Below, piece by piece: positions 8,695 through 17,719 of a stretch of DNA of 21,494 nucleotides. The notes under the pieces were generated by a model that was not told the DNA's origin, searched no databases, and saw only the letters and a program-made list of their open reading frames with translations. Each line of letters starts with the position of its first letter. Position 1 is the stretch's first letter. The DNA is from Promethearchaeota archaeon. Its GTDB lineage: Archaea; Asgardarchaeota; Lokiarchaeia; Sigyniarchaeales; SOKP01. The position numbers and the translations under genes are program-made. The DNA lies in the NCBI GenBank assembly GCA_048938005.1, contig JBHLMQ010000053.1, positions 1 through 21,494 on the forward strand, given 5' to 3'.

Positions 8695-10293
8695 TTAAAA
8701 ATTATAGTGAAGATTTTTGAGATCCGCTATAATTTTATTCTTTAATTCAAGATTATCAAGATTAGGGATTAATTCTTCAATGATATCTCTTAGTTCGACT
8801 ATTTTTTGAATAAGAAGTCCTGGTTTATTCCAAAAATCTAATCTTAATGGATACGTTGTTTTAATCGCCTTATTATAATTTTCTATTGCTGCACGATAAA
8901 ATAAGCACGCATTTTCTAGTTTATTTAACCTAGATTGATAAATTGTCCCAATTTTGTTAAAACACATTCCTGCTCCAGCAAAATCTCCTTCTTTTTCAAA
9001 ATCTATAGCTGCATCTTGAATTTTTTTTAATGCTTCTTCTAAAATTTCATTATCCCCTTTTTTTAAAAGTAAATATCCCATAATGTAATTTGCTACCCCT
9101 AAATAGAAAAGATGTTTTTCTTTTTTAGCAAGTTTGTAAAGATCATCAGCAAATTCTCCAGCAAATTTTAGATGATCATTTGAGATGCATTTTTGTGCTA
9201 CAATCCTTAATAAATCCAAAACTCTTTCAAAATCTTTAAGTTCTTTATATTTTTCAATACCAAATCTGAATTTTTCAATTCCAGTAAAAGAATCTTTGTT
9301 TTCAAAAGCATTATTTCCCTCATAAATTAATTGTTCAGCTTCTTCTTTTACCCTTAATTCTTTCTGTTTTTTCTTCGCATCAATCTCACCATAAAAAAAG
9401 TCATCTACACCAAATACAATATCTTCAGTCATAGGAATTTCAGTTAAGAAATCTTTACTCGAAATTTTACTGGATTCAGAGTCTGATTGAGATTTAAACT
9501 CTGGTGAAAATTGATCGCTTTCTTTTTGTAAATGGTTTTCTCTATAGGCGGATTGTAATGGCTTTCCTTCAGTGGCCAATGCGGACAGCTCTGATAAAAC
9601 ATTTGCGAAAAAATATTTGTTTAATCCATCTACAATATAATCAACTTTATGGTAATTATTGTCGTATTCCGGATCATTAATATCCATGTTTACATCAGTT
9701 ATTCTATAAATTTCAAAACCGGTATCATATTTTGTCATAGCATATTCAGAACCATCTTCACTTCTTATAACTTCCTCTTTTTTCTTTCCTAAAAGTGTAT
9801 GATCAAATACCAAACCACAAAAATCATCATTATTTTGTTGAAAACCTAGCTGGTTAAGCAAATCTATATAAGAAAAGAACAAGTTTAATCCGGGATGACT
9901 ATGGAACCATCCAACCATATAATACCCCTTTCCTTCTTTATCAAGTTTTTCCTGAATTTCCTCAATAAAACCATAATGCCTTTCGTCTAACTGAACATCT
10001 GTAGCGTGACCAAATGTTAAAGCTTCAGCGCGCTCTACATGTACTAATTCTTCATCAGAAGTACCTATTAAAATACCATATATTTCTTTCCATTGCTCCG
10101 GAGGTAATGATTTATTTGCATATCTACTTGCATATAAAATTATCGTCTTATAAGCATCTGCTCTAATAACTATGGGTTTACTTATTTTTTTTTGTTCTTT
10201 TTCATCAACGGGCTTTTCTTCGTCTCTTTTTAACTCTAATTTTTCTTTTTCTGATTCCTCGTTATTGTTTATGTTTTTGGGTTTTTCAGACAT
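8695..10293 (-). CDS. MPN+/JAMM metalloisopeptidase (Rpn11/CSN5-like) fused to C-terminal TPR/SNAP-like repeats
   Basis: KEIYGILIG (catalytic Glu) and GWFHSHPGLNLFFSYID (HxH-x7-S-x2-D, about 9862-9912); C-terminal half has TPR-like helices such as AGMCFNKIGTIYQSRLNKLENACLFYRAAIENY. Confidence 0.88.
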   Translation of the reverse strand: MSEKPKNINNNEESEKEKLELKRDEEKPVDEKEQKKISKPIVIRADAYKTIILYASRYANKSLPPEQWKEIYGILIGTSDEELVHVERAEALTFGHATDVQLDERHYGFIEEIQEKLDKEGKGYYMVGWFHSHPGLNLFFSYIDLLNQLGFQQNNDDFCGLVFDHTLLGKKKEEVIRSEDGSEYAMTKYDTGFEIYRITDVNMDINDPEYDNNYHKVDYIVDGLNKYFFANVLSELSALATEGKPLQSAYRENHLQKESDQFSPEFKSQSDSESSKISSKDFLTEIPMTEDIVFGVDDFFYGEIDAKKKQKELRVKEEAEQLIYEGNNAFENKDSFTGIEKFRFGIEKYKELKDFERVLDLLRIVAQKCISNDHLKFAGEFADDLYKLAKKEKHLFYLGVANYIMGYLLLKKGDNEILEEALKKIQDAAIDFEKEGDFAGAGMCFNKIGTIYQSRLNKLENACLFYRAAIENYNKAIKTTYPLRLDFWNKPGLLIQKIVELRDIIEELIPNLDNLELKNKIIADLKNLHYNF

Positions 10294-10431
10294 TTTTGAT
10301 ATTATCTATTTTATTTCAGGTATTTATTATTTAAATCTAAAAAATTAATAATTCTACTCTTAATTAAAATTATGTATAATTAAGTATTCATTATGAAATC
10401 AGGTAGCAAATTAAGAAACATTAATTTAATT

Positions 10432-10986
10432 TTATTTAGATAATGCTTTAATAAATCTTGATTTTATCTTTTCTGGATGTAGAGGTATATTTTTAACTTG
10501 AGCTTTGCCTGGCATTGTTTTAATAACCACAAAATGACATCCTAATCCTAAATTTTTCAGTTTTGGAATGATCTCATCCTCTTTATCAATAAGGGTTATT
10601 GACTCAAAACCGGATCCTTCAGCAATAATTTCTAGCCTTGTTTTATTGCTTGTATATGATTTTTGATTTCCTGTAGAACCATAGGAAGAATTATCAACTA
10701 TTATTAATGTAAAGTTTTCTGGCTTATTATTTGCTATTGTGCTTAAGCTACCTAGATTCATTAGTATTGAACCATCACCATCAATACAAATAATTTTTCT
10801 TTCAGGGTGAGATATGGCTAAGCCAAAAGCTATTGAAGAAGAAAGGCCCATTGAACCCATCATATAGAAATTTTCAGTTCTATCTTTAATATTGTAAAGT
10901 TCCCTTGAAGGATCTCCAAGATTGCATACTACTAATTCATTTGTTAGTATTTTAACAATTTCTTTTAAAGCATCATATCTTTTCAT
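10432..10986 (-). CDS. comE: Sulfopyruvate decarboxylase beta subunit (ThDP-binding)
   Basis: NLGDPSREL, NFYMMGSMG, GDGS...DNSSYGSTGNQ ThDP motif. Confidence 0.9.
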   Translation of the reverse strand: MKRYDALKEIVKILTNELVVCNLGDPSRELYNIKDRTENFYMMGSMGLSSSIAFGLAISHPERKIICIDGDGSILMNLGSLSTIANNKPENFTLIIVDNSSYGSTGNQKSYTSNKTRLEIIAEGSGFESITLIDKEDEIIPKLKNLGLGCHFVVIKTMPGKAQVKNIPLHPEKIKSRFIKALSK

Positions 10987-11482
10987 TTTGTATCCTCCAT
11001 AAGGTTTTTTTAAGAATTACAGCTACACGCTTTTTAGTTTTCTTAGCTTTATTAACTGCTTTTATAATATTATTGACCTTTTCGGGAGAGTCTAAAATAT
11101 ATATTTCAAATGCTAAAAGTTTTAGTAGATCTATAGTTATTTGACCCATTGGCATTTGAGCAATGATTTTTTCTCCTTCTGCACCTCTATGGCTTATTAT
11201 AAATACAACTGGAATTTTATATAATTCAAGGAGTGATTTTATGGCATTTATAGAATTTCCTAATCCAGAATTTTGCATTAAAATTGCAGGGATTTTTCCT
11301 CCTAAATAAGCACCTGCGGCAATTCCAACTCCCTCTTCTTCACGGGTAACAGGTATATGGTGAATTTCTTTCTTTTCTTCAATAACTTCCAATAAGCCTT
11401 TAAGCATAATACAAGGGACTGAAAGAATTAAATTTATACCTGAATTTTTAATAGATTTATATAATTCTAAATCAACATCCAT
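10973..11482 (-). CDS. comD: Sulfopyruvate decarboxylase alpha subunit
   Basis: SVPC, VTREEEGVGIAAGAYLGG, MQNSGLGNSINA, SHRG, AQMPMG; overlaps comE by 14 nt. Confidence 0.9.
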   Translation of the reverse strand: MDVDLELYKSIKNSGINLILSVPCIMLKGLLEVIEEKKEIHHIPVTREEEGVGIAAGAYLGGKIPAILMQNSGLGNSINAIKSLLELYKIPVVFIISHRGAEGEKIIAQMPMGQITIDLLKLLAFEIYILDSPEKVNNIIKAVNKAKKTKKRVAVILKKTLWRIQNEKI

Positions 11483-11608
11483 AAAACTTCACATAAAACC
11501 AAAGTTGATTATTTTCTATATTTTATAAAATTGTTACTATCAAAAAAATATCTATAAAATATGAAAAAGTAAAGAATATTATATATAAAAAAATTTTTAC
11601 CTTTACCA

Positions 11609-12874
11609 ATGAAGGCGTTACTTTACGAATATAACATTTCGAGATTAGCATTGGCTCGCATTATAGGATTATTTAGTTTAAAGGGTTACCTCACTAAATT
11701 TGGGCCAATAAGGTTAAAAGAATTGCCTAAACCTGAAATTAAAGATAATGATTGGGTTGTAATCCGTACAAAATTTTGTGGAATTTGTGGAAGTGACCAT
11801 AAACAAGTTTTTCTTGATGGAAATCGTGATAATCCGATGACTGCCTTGATTTCATGGCCACAAATTTTAGGACATGAAGCAGTTGGATTTGTTGATAAAA
11901 TTGGTACCAAATCAAAAATTAAAGTTGGAGAACGTGTAGTACTTAATCCTTGGATAAGTTGTTTACCAAGAGAAATAAAGCCTCCTTGTATTGCATGTCA
12001 AGAAGGAAAAAATACTCTTTGTCGTAATTTTAATAAAGGTATTCTTACCACTGGTATACATACAGGGAATAGTAGTGATGCTACAGGAGGTTTTGCAGAA
12101 TATTTCCCTGCACATGAGTCTATGGCAATTCCCATACCAGATGATATCAATTGTGATCAAGCAACACTTTCAGATCCATTTTCAGTCGCATTTCATTCGG
12201 TATTAAAGGTCCACATTAAGCCAGGAACAGTATGTGCAGTTTATGGTTGTGGAAATTTAGGTCTTCTTACAATTCTAATTTTGAAAGAAGTCTTTGAGGA
12301 TGTACAAGTAGTTGCAATTTCACGTTTTTCCCATCAAGCGTCTATGGCAAAAAAATTTGGCGCTGATTTAGTCATTGATTCTACTCCTACACATAGAATT
12401 ATTGAAAAAATCGCAGATTATGTAAATTGTAATATTTATTATCTAAAAAAGAAAAAACCGTGGTTAATTGAGGGTGTTGATTTTTTGTTTGATACAGTGG
12501 CATCTCCTGAAACTCTTGAAACTGGGATTCGTATTGTAAAAGCGAGAAAGATAGATTCTGATAGTAATCATATATCATCTGGAGTTATAGTCGTTACTGG
12601 AGTTTCTTCCCCAAAACGATATGAATGGACTCCATGGTATTTCAAAGAGATCGATATAATTGGAAGCAATGCTTTTGCAATTGAAGAATTCGAAGGTAAA
12701 CGCGAACATGCCTATTTTCACTATTTTCGCTTTTTACAAGAAGGGCGCCTTGATCCTACACCAATGATTACTCATCGATTTCCCTTAGAAGTATATAAAA
12801 AAGCTTTTGTTACAGCACGAGCACAGAAAAAATTTAAATCGATAAAGGTTGCATTTTCATTTGATGGTAATTAG
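11609..12874 (+). CDS. Zn-dependent medium-chain dehydrogenase/reductase (MDR), paralog 1
   Basis: CGICGSD, ILGHE, structural-Zn Cys cluster, YGCGNLG Rossmann motif, ITHRFPL. Confidence 0.92.
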   Translation: MKALLYEYNISRLALARIIGLFSLKGYLTKFGPIRLKELPKPEIKDNDWVVIRTKFCGICGSDHKQVFLDGNRDNPMTALISWPQILGHEAVGFVDKIGTKSKIKVGERVVLNPWISCLPREIKPPCIACQEGKNTLCRNFNKGILTTGIHTGNSSDATGGFAEYFPAHESMAIPIPDDINCDQATLSDPFSVAFHSVLKVHIKPGTVCAVYGCGNLGLLTILILKEVFEDVQVVAISRFSHQASMAKKFGADLVIDSTPTHRIIEKIADYVNCNIYYLKKKKPWLIEGVDFLFDTVASPETLETGIRIVKARKIDSDSNHISSGVIVVTGVSSPKRYEWTPWYFKEIDIIGSNAFAIEEFEGKREHAYFHYFRFLQEGRLDPTPMITHRFPLEVYKKAFVTARAQKKFKSIKVAFSFDGN

Positions 12875-12887
12875 GGGTGAAGAATCA

Positions 12888-14147
12888 ATGAAAAAAAACA
12901 GAAAAGAAAAAACAATGCCTGCTCTTGTCTTTGAATTGAAATTACGTAAATTAATGAAAGCATACTTACGCGGAAAAAGAGAACGTTCTGGATATTGGAA
13001 AAAGGGCGGGCCAGTTAACATAAAACATGTTCCTATTCCTTCACTCGTTGCTGAGGATTGGGTAATAGTAAAAACGGTATATTGTGGGATATGTGGTAGT
13101 GATATGAAAGAATTAACATTAAGCGGAGCTCGTGATAATCCTCTACGTTCATTAATTACTTTTCCGCAAATTTTAGGACATGAGCCTGTGGGAATAATCG
13201 ATCAAGTAGGGAAAAACGTAACTAAAGTTAAAATTGGTGATAGAGTTGCAATAAGCCCTTGGTTTCCATGTTCATCACGTGGAATTGATACAGAATGTTC
13301 AAGGTGTCAGATTGGAGATTATACACATTGTCAAAATTTTCAAAGAGGAATTTTACCTATTGGGATGCATCTTGGAGCTACTAAAGGTCTTGGAGGTTTT
13401 GCTCCATATATTTCTGTACATGAATCGCAATGTTTTTTAATTCCCGAAAATGTATCATTTGATCAAGCTGTCTTGGCGGATCCATTTGCTGTAGCTTTTC
13501 ATTCACTTTTAATTTTAGATCCAAATCCAGATTCTACCATTTTGGTTTTTGGATTAGGAGTAATAGGATTATTAGTAGTAATGGCTCTCAAAAATATATT
13601 TAAAGTTAAAAATGTAATTGGTGTTGGTAGATATCAATTTCAAACAGAAACAGCATTAAATTTAGGCATTAAACATGTTTTTATAAACGAGAGGGAGCCT
13701 TTAATAAAAGAAATTGCGGATTATATGAACGCTGAACTTTATATCCCTGACCATGGTGTAGTATGGGCTATGGATGGAGTAGATGGTATTATTGATACAA
13801 TTGCTTCAGCAGAAACTTTAGAAGTTGGAATGAGAATTTTAACAACTCAAGGGAAACTAGTCTTTCTTGGTGTAAGCACTCCGAGAAGATGTGAAAGTAC
13901 ACCTCATTATTTTAAAGAACTCGAAATTATTGGTTCCAATGCATTTTCAATCGAAAATTTTGAAGGTAAGAGAGCCCATGCCTATGAATTTTTTTTAGAA
14001 TTTATAGCTAATAAAAGAATTGACACCTCGATATTTGTTACACATAAATTTCTACTGGAACAGTATAAAGAAGCTTTTGATTCATTAGCATATAAATCAA
14101 AATCTCATGCTATCAAGGTTTTATTTGAGTATTCTGAAAATCATTGA
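12888..14147 (+). CDS. Zn-dependent MDR dehydrogenase, paralog 2
   Basis: CGICGSD, ILGHE, four-Cys cluster, FGLGVIG; start moved to ATG 12888, which follows SD GGGGTGA (12874-12880). Confidence 0.92.
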   Translation: MKKNRKEKTMPALVFELKLRKLMKAYLRGKRERSGYWKKGGPVNIKHVPIPSLVAEDWVIVKTVYCGICGSDMKELTLSGARDNPLRSLITFPQILGHEPVGIIDQVGKNVTKVKIGDRVAISPWFPCSSRGIDTECSRCQIGDYTHCQNFQRGILPIGMHLGATKGLGGFAPYISVHESQCFLIPENVSFDQAVLADPFAVAFHSLLILDPNPDSTILVFGLGVIGLLVVMALKNIFKVKNVIGVGRYQFQTETALNLGIKHVFINEREPLIKEIADYMNAELYIPDHGVVWAMDGVDGIIDTIASAETLEVGMRILTTQGKLVFLGVSTPRRCESTPHYFKELEIIGSNAFSIENFEGKRAHAYEFFLEFIANKRIDTSIFVTHKFLLEQYKEAFDSLAYKSKSHAIKVLFEYSENH

Positions 14148-14268
14148 TTTAAATTCAAAAATGATAAAATTTCTTCAGAATAGAAATTATATTTATCAAA
14201 TTTACCAAGTTTTAATTAAAATCTGTTATTATTTTGTTTTATTCAGATAATTAAATAAAGTGAAAAAA

Positions 14269-14631
14269 ATGGTTATTGAAATAATAGCTGCAATTTATTG
14301 TATTTTAATAGGTATTGCAATTATAATCATGTGGATCTTATTAATAAGGAGGAGAGAAGTACCTGAACTTAATACTAAACCAATACAAATATATTTTCAT
14401 TTAGTTTCTGAATTTCTAACAGGTATAATTCTTATAATTGGAGCTATAGGATTGTTTATAAATCAAGCATGGGGAATAGCATTATTTTTCCTTTCTATTG
14501 GAATGGTGATTTATTCTATGATAAATGCAGCAGGGTATTATGGACAATTAAAAGAATGGCCAATGTTCATTATGTTTATTGTTTTTGCTATTGTTTCTGC
14601 TTTAGTCGCTACTGCTGTTATCTTTAGTTAA
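14269..14631 (+). CDS. Small 4-TM membrane protein, hypothetical
   Basis: Four hydrophobic helices; HLVSE and INAAGYY polar motifs; ATG 14269 (alternative GTG 14260). Confidence 0.8.
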   Translation: MVIEIIAAIYCILIGIAIIIMWILLIRRREVPELNTKPIQIYFHLVSEFLTGIILIIGAIGLFINQAWGIALFFLSIGMVIYSMINAAGYYGQLKEWPMFIMFIVFAIVSALVATAVIFS

Positions 14632-14655
14632 GGTAAAGTAAATAATTTTTTAAAT

Positions 14656-15870
14656 TCATATTACTCCTTTTTTTTTGAAATCTCGGATCTCCTCATCTGA
14701 ATGACCCATATTCTTAAGGATCTCATTTGTGTGTTGACCGAGTTTTGGTGCAAAATCTCTTATTTTCAAAGGTGTTCGTGAATATTTTATTGGTGAAGCT
14801 ATATTGTGGATTTTCCCAAATCTGGGATGCTCCATCTCAACAACCATATTTCGTGCCTTTATCTGAGGGTCCTCACATCCTTCAGCAAAAGATTTAACTG
14901 GCATGACACATGCATCTAAATATTTAAAAATTTCAATCCAATCTTTCTGATTTTTCTTCAAAAATTCTTTTTGTATCTCTTCAAAAACGTGTTCCCTTTC
15001 TTTTCCTTTTACAGTTTGTTTAAGAGTTAAATCCTCACGATCAAGACCTTTACAAAATTCTCGCCAGAATTTTACTTCAATAATTCCTACAGACACAAAT
15101 TTATTATCTTTCGTCTTATAAACAGAATAAAAAGGAAAATCCCCATGAATGGGATTATGTGTTTCAATGCCATCATTTAAATCTTTGGAGAAATGATGTG
15201 CAGCTACAAGAGGCATAAAAGAAAAAACACAATCTGTCATAGCAATATCAATAAATTGCCCTTTTCTTTTAGGATTATTATCTCTTTCAATAATGGCTCC
15301 AAGTATCCCTATTGTTGATACTAATCCTCCACCTATATCAGCAGCTTGAACACCCGGAACTATTGGTTTTCTTTCTTGAGTTTCATTACCATGAACCATT
15401 CGTTCTTTATTTAAATCCAAAATTCCACATATTCCAATATAATTGAGATCATGACCTGCTATTTGCTCATATGGCCCATATTGACCATAACCTGTTAAAG
15501 AACAGCAAATAATTGATGGATTTATTGAAGCTAAGGTATCATAGTCAATTTTTAATTTTTTAGTAACCTTAGGACGATAAGTATCAAGAACAATATCAGC
15601 TTCTTTAACTAATTCATAAAAAATCTTTAGTGCTTTTTCTTTTTTCAAGTTTAGAGTAATAGCTTTTTTATTCCTATTAAGAATGGAATTAAAAGCACTT
15701 TCACGATATCTTCCTTTTTGAAAGAATGGAGGTGGATGACCATAAGGATATTGGGGATCTTCTATTCGGATAACGTTTGCCCCAAGATCAGAGAGTATCA
15801 TTGAGCAATATGGTCCAGGTAACATTCTTGTTAGATCTAATACAGTTATCCCTTCTAAAGGTAATGACAT
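14656..15870 (-). CDS. Family III CoA-transferase (CaiB/BaiF), alpha-methylacyl-CoA racemase-like
   Basis: PLEGITVLDLTRMLPGP, LNRNKK, TGYGQYGP, GHDLNY, ADIGGG, APKLGQHT; likely start ATG at 15870 (MSLPLEG). Confidence 0.92.
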   Translation of the reverse strand: MSLPLEGITVLDLTRMLPGPYCSMILSDLGANVIRIEDPQYPYGHPPPFFQKGRYRESAFNSILNRNKKAITLNLKKEKALKIFYELVKEADIVLDTYRPKVTKKLKIDYDTLASINPSIICCSLTGYGQYGPYEQIAGHDLNYIGICGILDLNKERMVHGNETQERKPIVPGVQAADIGGGLVSTIGILGAIIERDNNPKRKGQFIDIAMTDCVFSFMPLVAAHHFSKDLNDGIETHNPIHGDFPFYSVYKTKDNKFVSVGIIEVKFWREFCKGLDREDLTLKQTVKGKEREHVFEEIQKEFLKKNQKDWIEIFKYLDACVMPVKSFAEGCEDPQIKARNMVVEMEHPRFGKIHNIASPIKYSRTPLKIRDFAPKLGQHTNEILKNMGHSDEEIRDFKKKGVI

Positions 15871-16000
15871 AATAATTAAAAAATTAGATAAAATAAAAGT
15901 ATAGATCAAAAGTTTGAAATCAAAGGATTGGATATGTTTATTGAAACATATTTAGCACTTCTCTTTTTGATAATTGAAAAAGAAAAAAAAGAGTTGAATA

Positions 16001-16513
16001 TTATAATTCAATTATTTCAGATTCCATTTTTTCGATATCTATAATTGCAAAAGTCGCTTTTCCAGTTAAATAGCCACAAACTTCACCAGGATTTATCACT
16101 AAAACACCATTATCCAATTTTTTATTGGAAAGCGAATGTGTATGTCCTGATAAAATTATATCAAATCTTCCCGAATTTGCTAAGGCATCTATTGTTTCTT
16201 GTCTTGGCATGTGAGATGCAAAGATTCTCTTACCTCCCAATTCCATAATTAATTCATTACCATTTTGAGCAAATTCACATATTTGTCCCAGGTTTTGTTT
16301 TAAAAATAATTTTTCTCCATCATTATTTCCAAAAACTCCATAAAATTTTTTTTTAATTGATTCATTTAACCCATCAAACCATTTTTTTACGAAAGGTGCC
16401 ACATAATCTCCACAGTGTATTAGCACATCCACATTTCTTTCATTTATTATAGATACTGCTTTCAATATATTATTCATATGATCATGTGTATCACTCATTA
16501 CTGCAATTTTCAT
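16001..16513 (-). CDS. Metallophosphoesterase, MJ0936/YfcE/Vps29 family
   Basis: SDTH, HCGD, GNND, GHTH, INPG; SD AAGGAG upstream. Confidence 0.92.
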   Translation of the reverse strand: MKIAVMSDTHDHMNNILKAVSIINERNVDVLIHCGDYVAPFVKKWFDGLNESIKKKFYGVFGNNDGEKLFLKQNLGQICEFAQNGNELIMELGGKRIFASHMPRQETIDALANSGRFDIILSGHTHSLSNKKLDNGVLVINPGEVCGYLTGKATFAIIDIEKMESEIIEL

Positions 16514-16629
16514 TTCTTTATTATCTCCTTTTAGTTTAAAATTAATAGAATTTAGATATAATTAAATTACATTATTATATGTTTTATATTAATAATTTAT
16601 ATTAATAATGAACATTTTATGAATTAGGC

Positions 16630-17703
16630 ATGATTGAAGATTACTTTAAAACAGAAATACCATTAATTAGCAGAGAATTGAAAAAATATTTTAGTAAATT
16701 ATATAAAACGGAAAAGGATGTTCTTCTTAAAGATTTTATAACTCAATTAGAAGAATTTATTTTAAATGAGAAAGCAAAGAGAATTCATCCTATATTATTG
16801 ACAGCCGCTTTTAAAGGAATTGTGAATCCTATGTTTTTAGAAGATTTCATAGAACAAATTCGTGAAGTATCGATTTCAGTTGAATTATTGCATAGTGGGC
16901 ACTTAATACATGATGATCTTTTAGATAATGATATTACAAGAAGAGGTAAACCTACATTTCATATGCAATTAAAAGGTGAATTAAATCAAGTTTATAAGGA
17001 TCTCAATATCCCAAATAAGGATGATATTATTAAATTATATGGAAATAATATGAGTATTCTAGGAGGAACCCAAGGATATCTTTTAGGTTTAGATATTTTG
17101 AAATCTTCAAAATTTCCAGAACAATTAAAGTTGTTAGCTATTAATGAATATATAGAAGCAATGGATTACTTAATGAAAGGACAGCTAATAGAAGAATACA
17201 TGAATTATAATAATATTACTATGACATTGGAACAATATTTGAATATAACTGAATGTCAAAAAGCCAGAATATTTGAGAAATCCACTAAAATTGGAGCGAT
17301 CTTGGCTAAAGGAAATCTCCATTATCAAATCAAACCTCTAAGTGATGCAATGTTAAGTATTGGTCAAGCTCATGCCATTCGCGATGATATACTTGATATT
17401 GAAAATGACATTAAAGGAAAGCAGAAAAAAATTATTTATATTTTAGCTGTGCAAAATACAGATGAAGACCAGTCTAAACGGTTGAATGAGTTATTTCATA
17501 AAGATAATTTAGTAAAGAATGATATTGAAGAAGTGAAAGATATATTTACTAAAACCAATGCTCTAATGATTGCTGAACATTTAGCAAGAAATTTTATTGA
17601 GCAATCCAAAAGTAATCTAAAAGATATCTATCCTGATTTAAATAAACAAGAAAAATTATTCTTTAACGAATTCTCGGATTTTGTATATCTCCGGGAGTAT
17701 TAA
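16630..17703 (+). CDS. Trans-polyprenyl diphosphate synthase family protein, divergent
   Basis: FARM HDDLLD-NDITRRGKPT, GQ motif, SARM RDDILD. Confidence 0.88.
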   Translation: MIEDYFKTEIPLISRELKKYFSKLYKTEKDVLLKDFITQLEEFILNEKAKRIHPILLTAAFKGIVNPMFLEDFIEQIREVSISVELLHSGHLIHDDLLDNDITRRGKPTFHMQLKGELNQVYKDLNIPNKDDIIKLYGNNMSILGGTQGYLLGLDILKSSKFPEQLKLLAINEYIEAMDYLMKGQLIEEYMNYNNITMTLEQYLNITECQKARIFEKSTKIGAILAKGNLHYQIKPLSDAMLSIGQAHAIRDDILDIENDIKGKQKKIIYILAVQNTDEDQSKRLNELFHKDNLVKNDIEEVKDIFTKTNALMIAEHLARNFIEQSKSNLKDIYPDLNKQEKLFFNEFSDFVYLREY

Positions 17704-17719
17704 GTATTTTTAATTTATT

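Noticed and set aside
12849-12887. Track start for the second MDR, overlapping the first
   Set aside because: ATG 12888 has a properly spaced GGGGTGA SD and removes the overlap
15871-15909. N-terminal extension of the CoA-transferase
   Set aside because: Family homology starts at MSLPLEG (15870); the upstream DNA looks like an AT-rich promoter
16001-16513. Vps29 retromer subunit
   Set aside because: All metal ligands are intact and the sequence fits the widespread MJ0936/YfcE phosphoesterases; no Vps26 or Vps35 gene nearby
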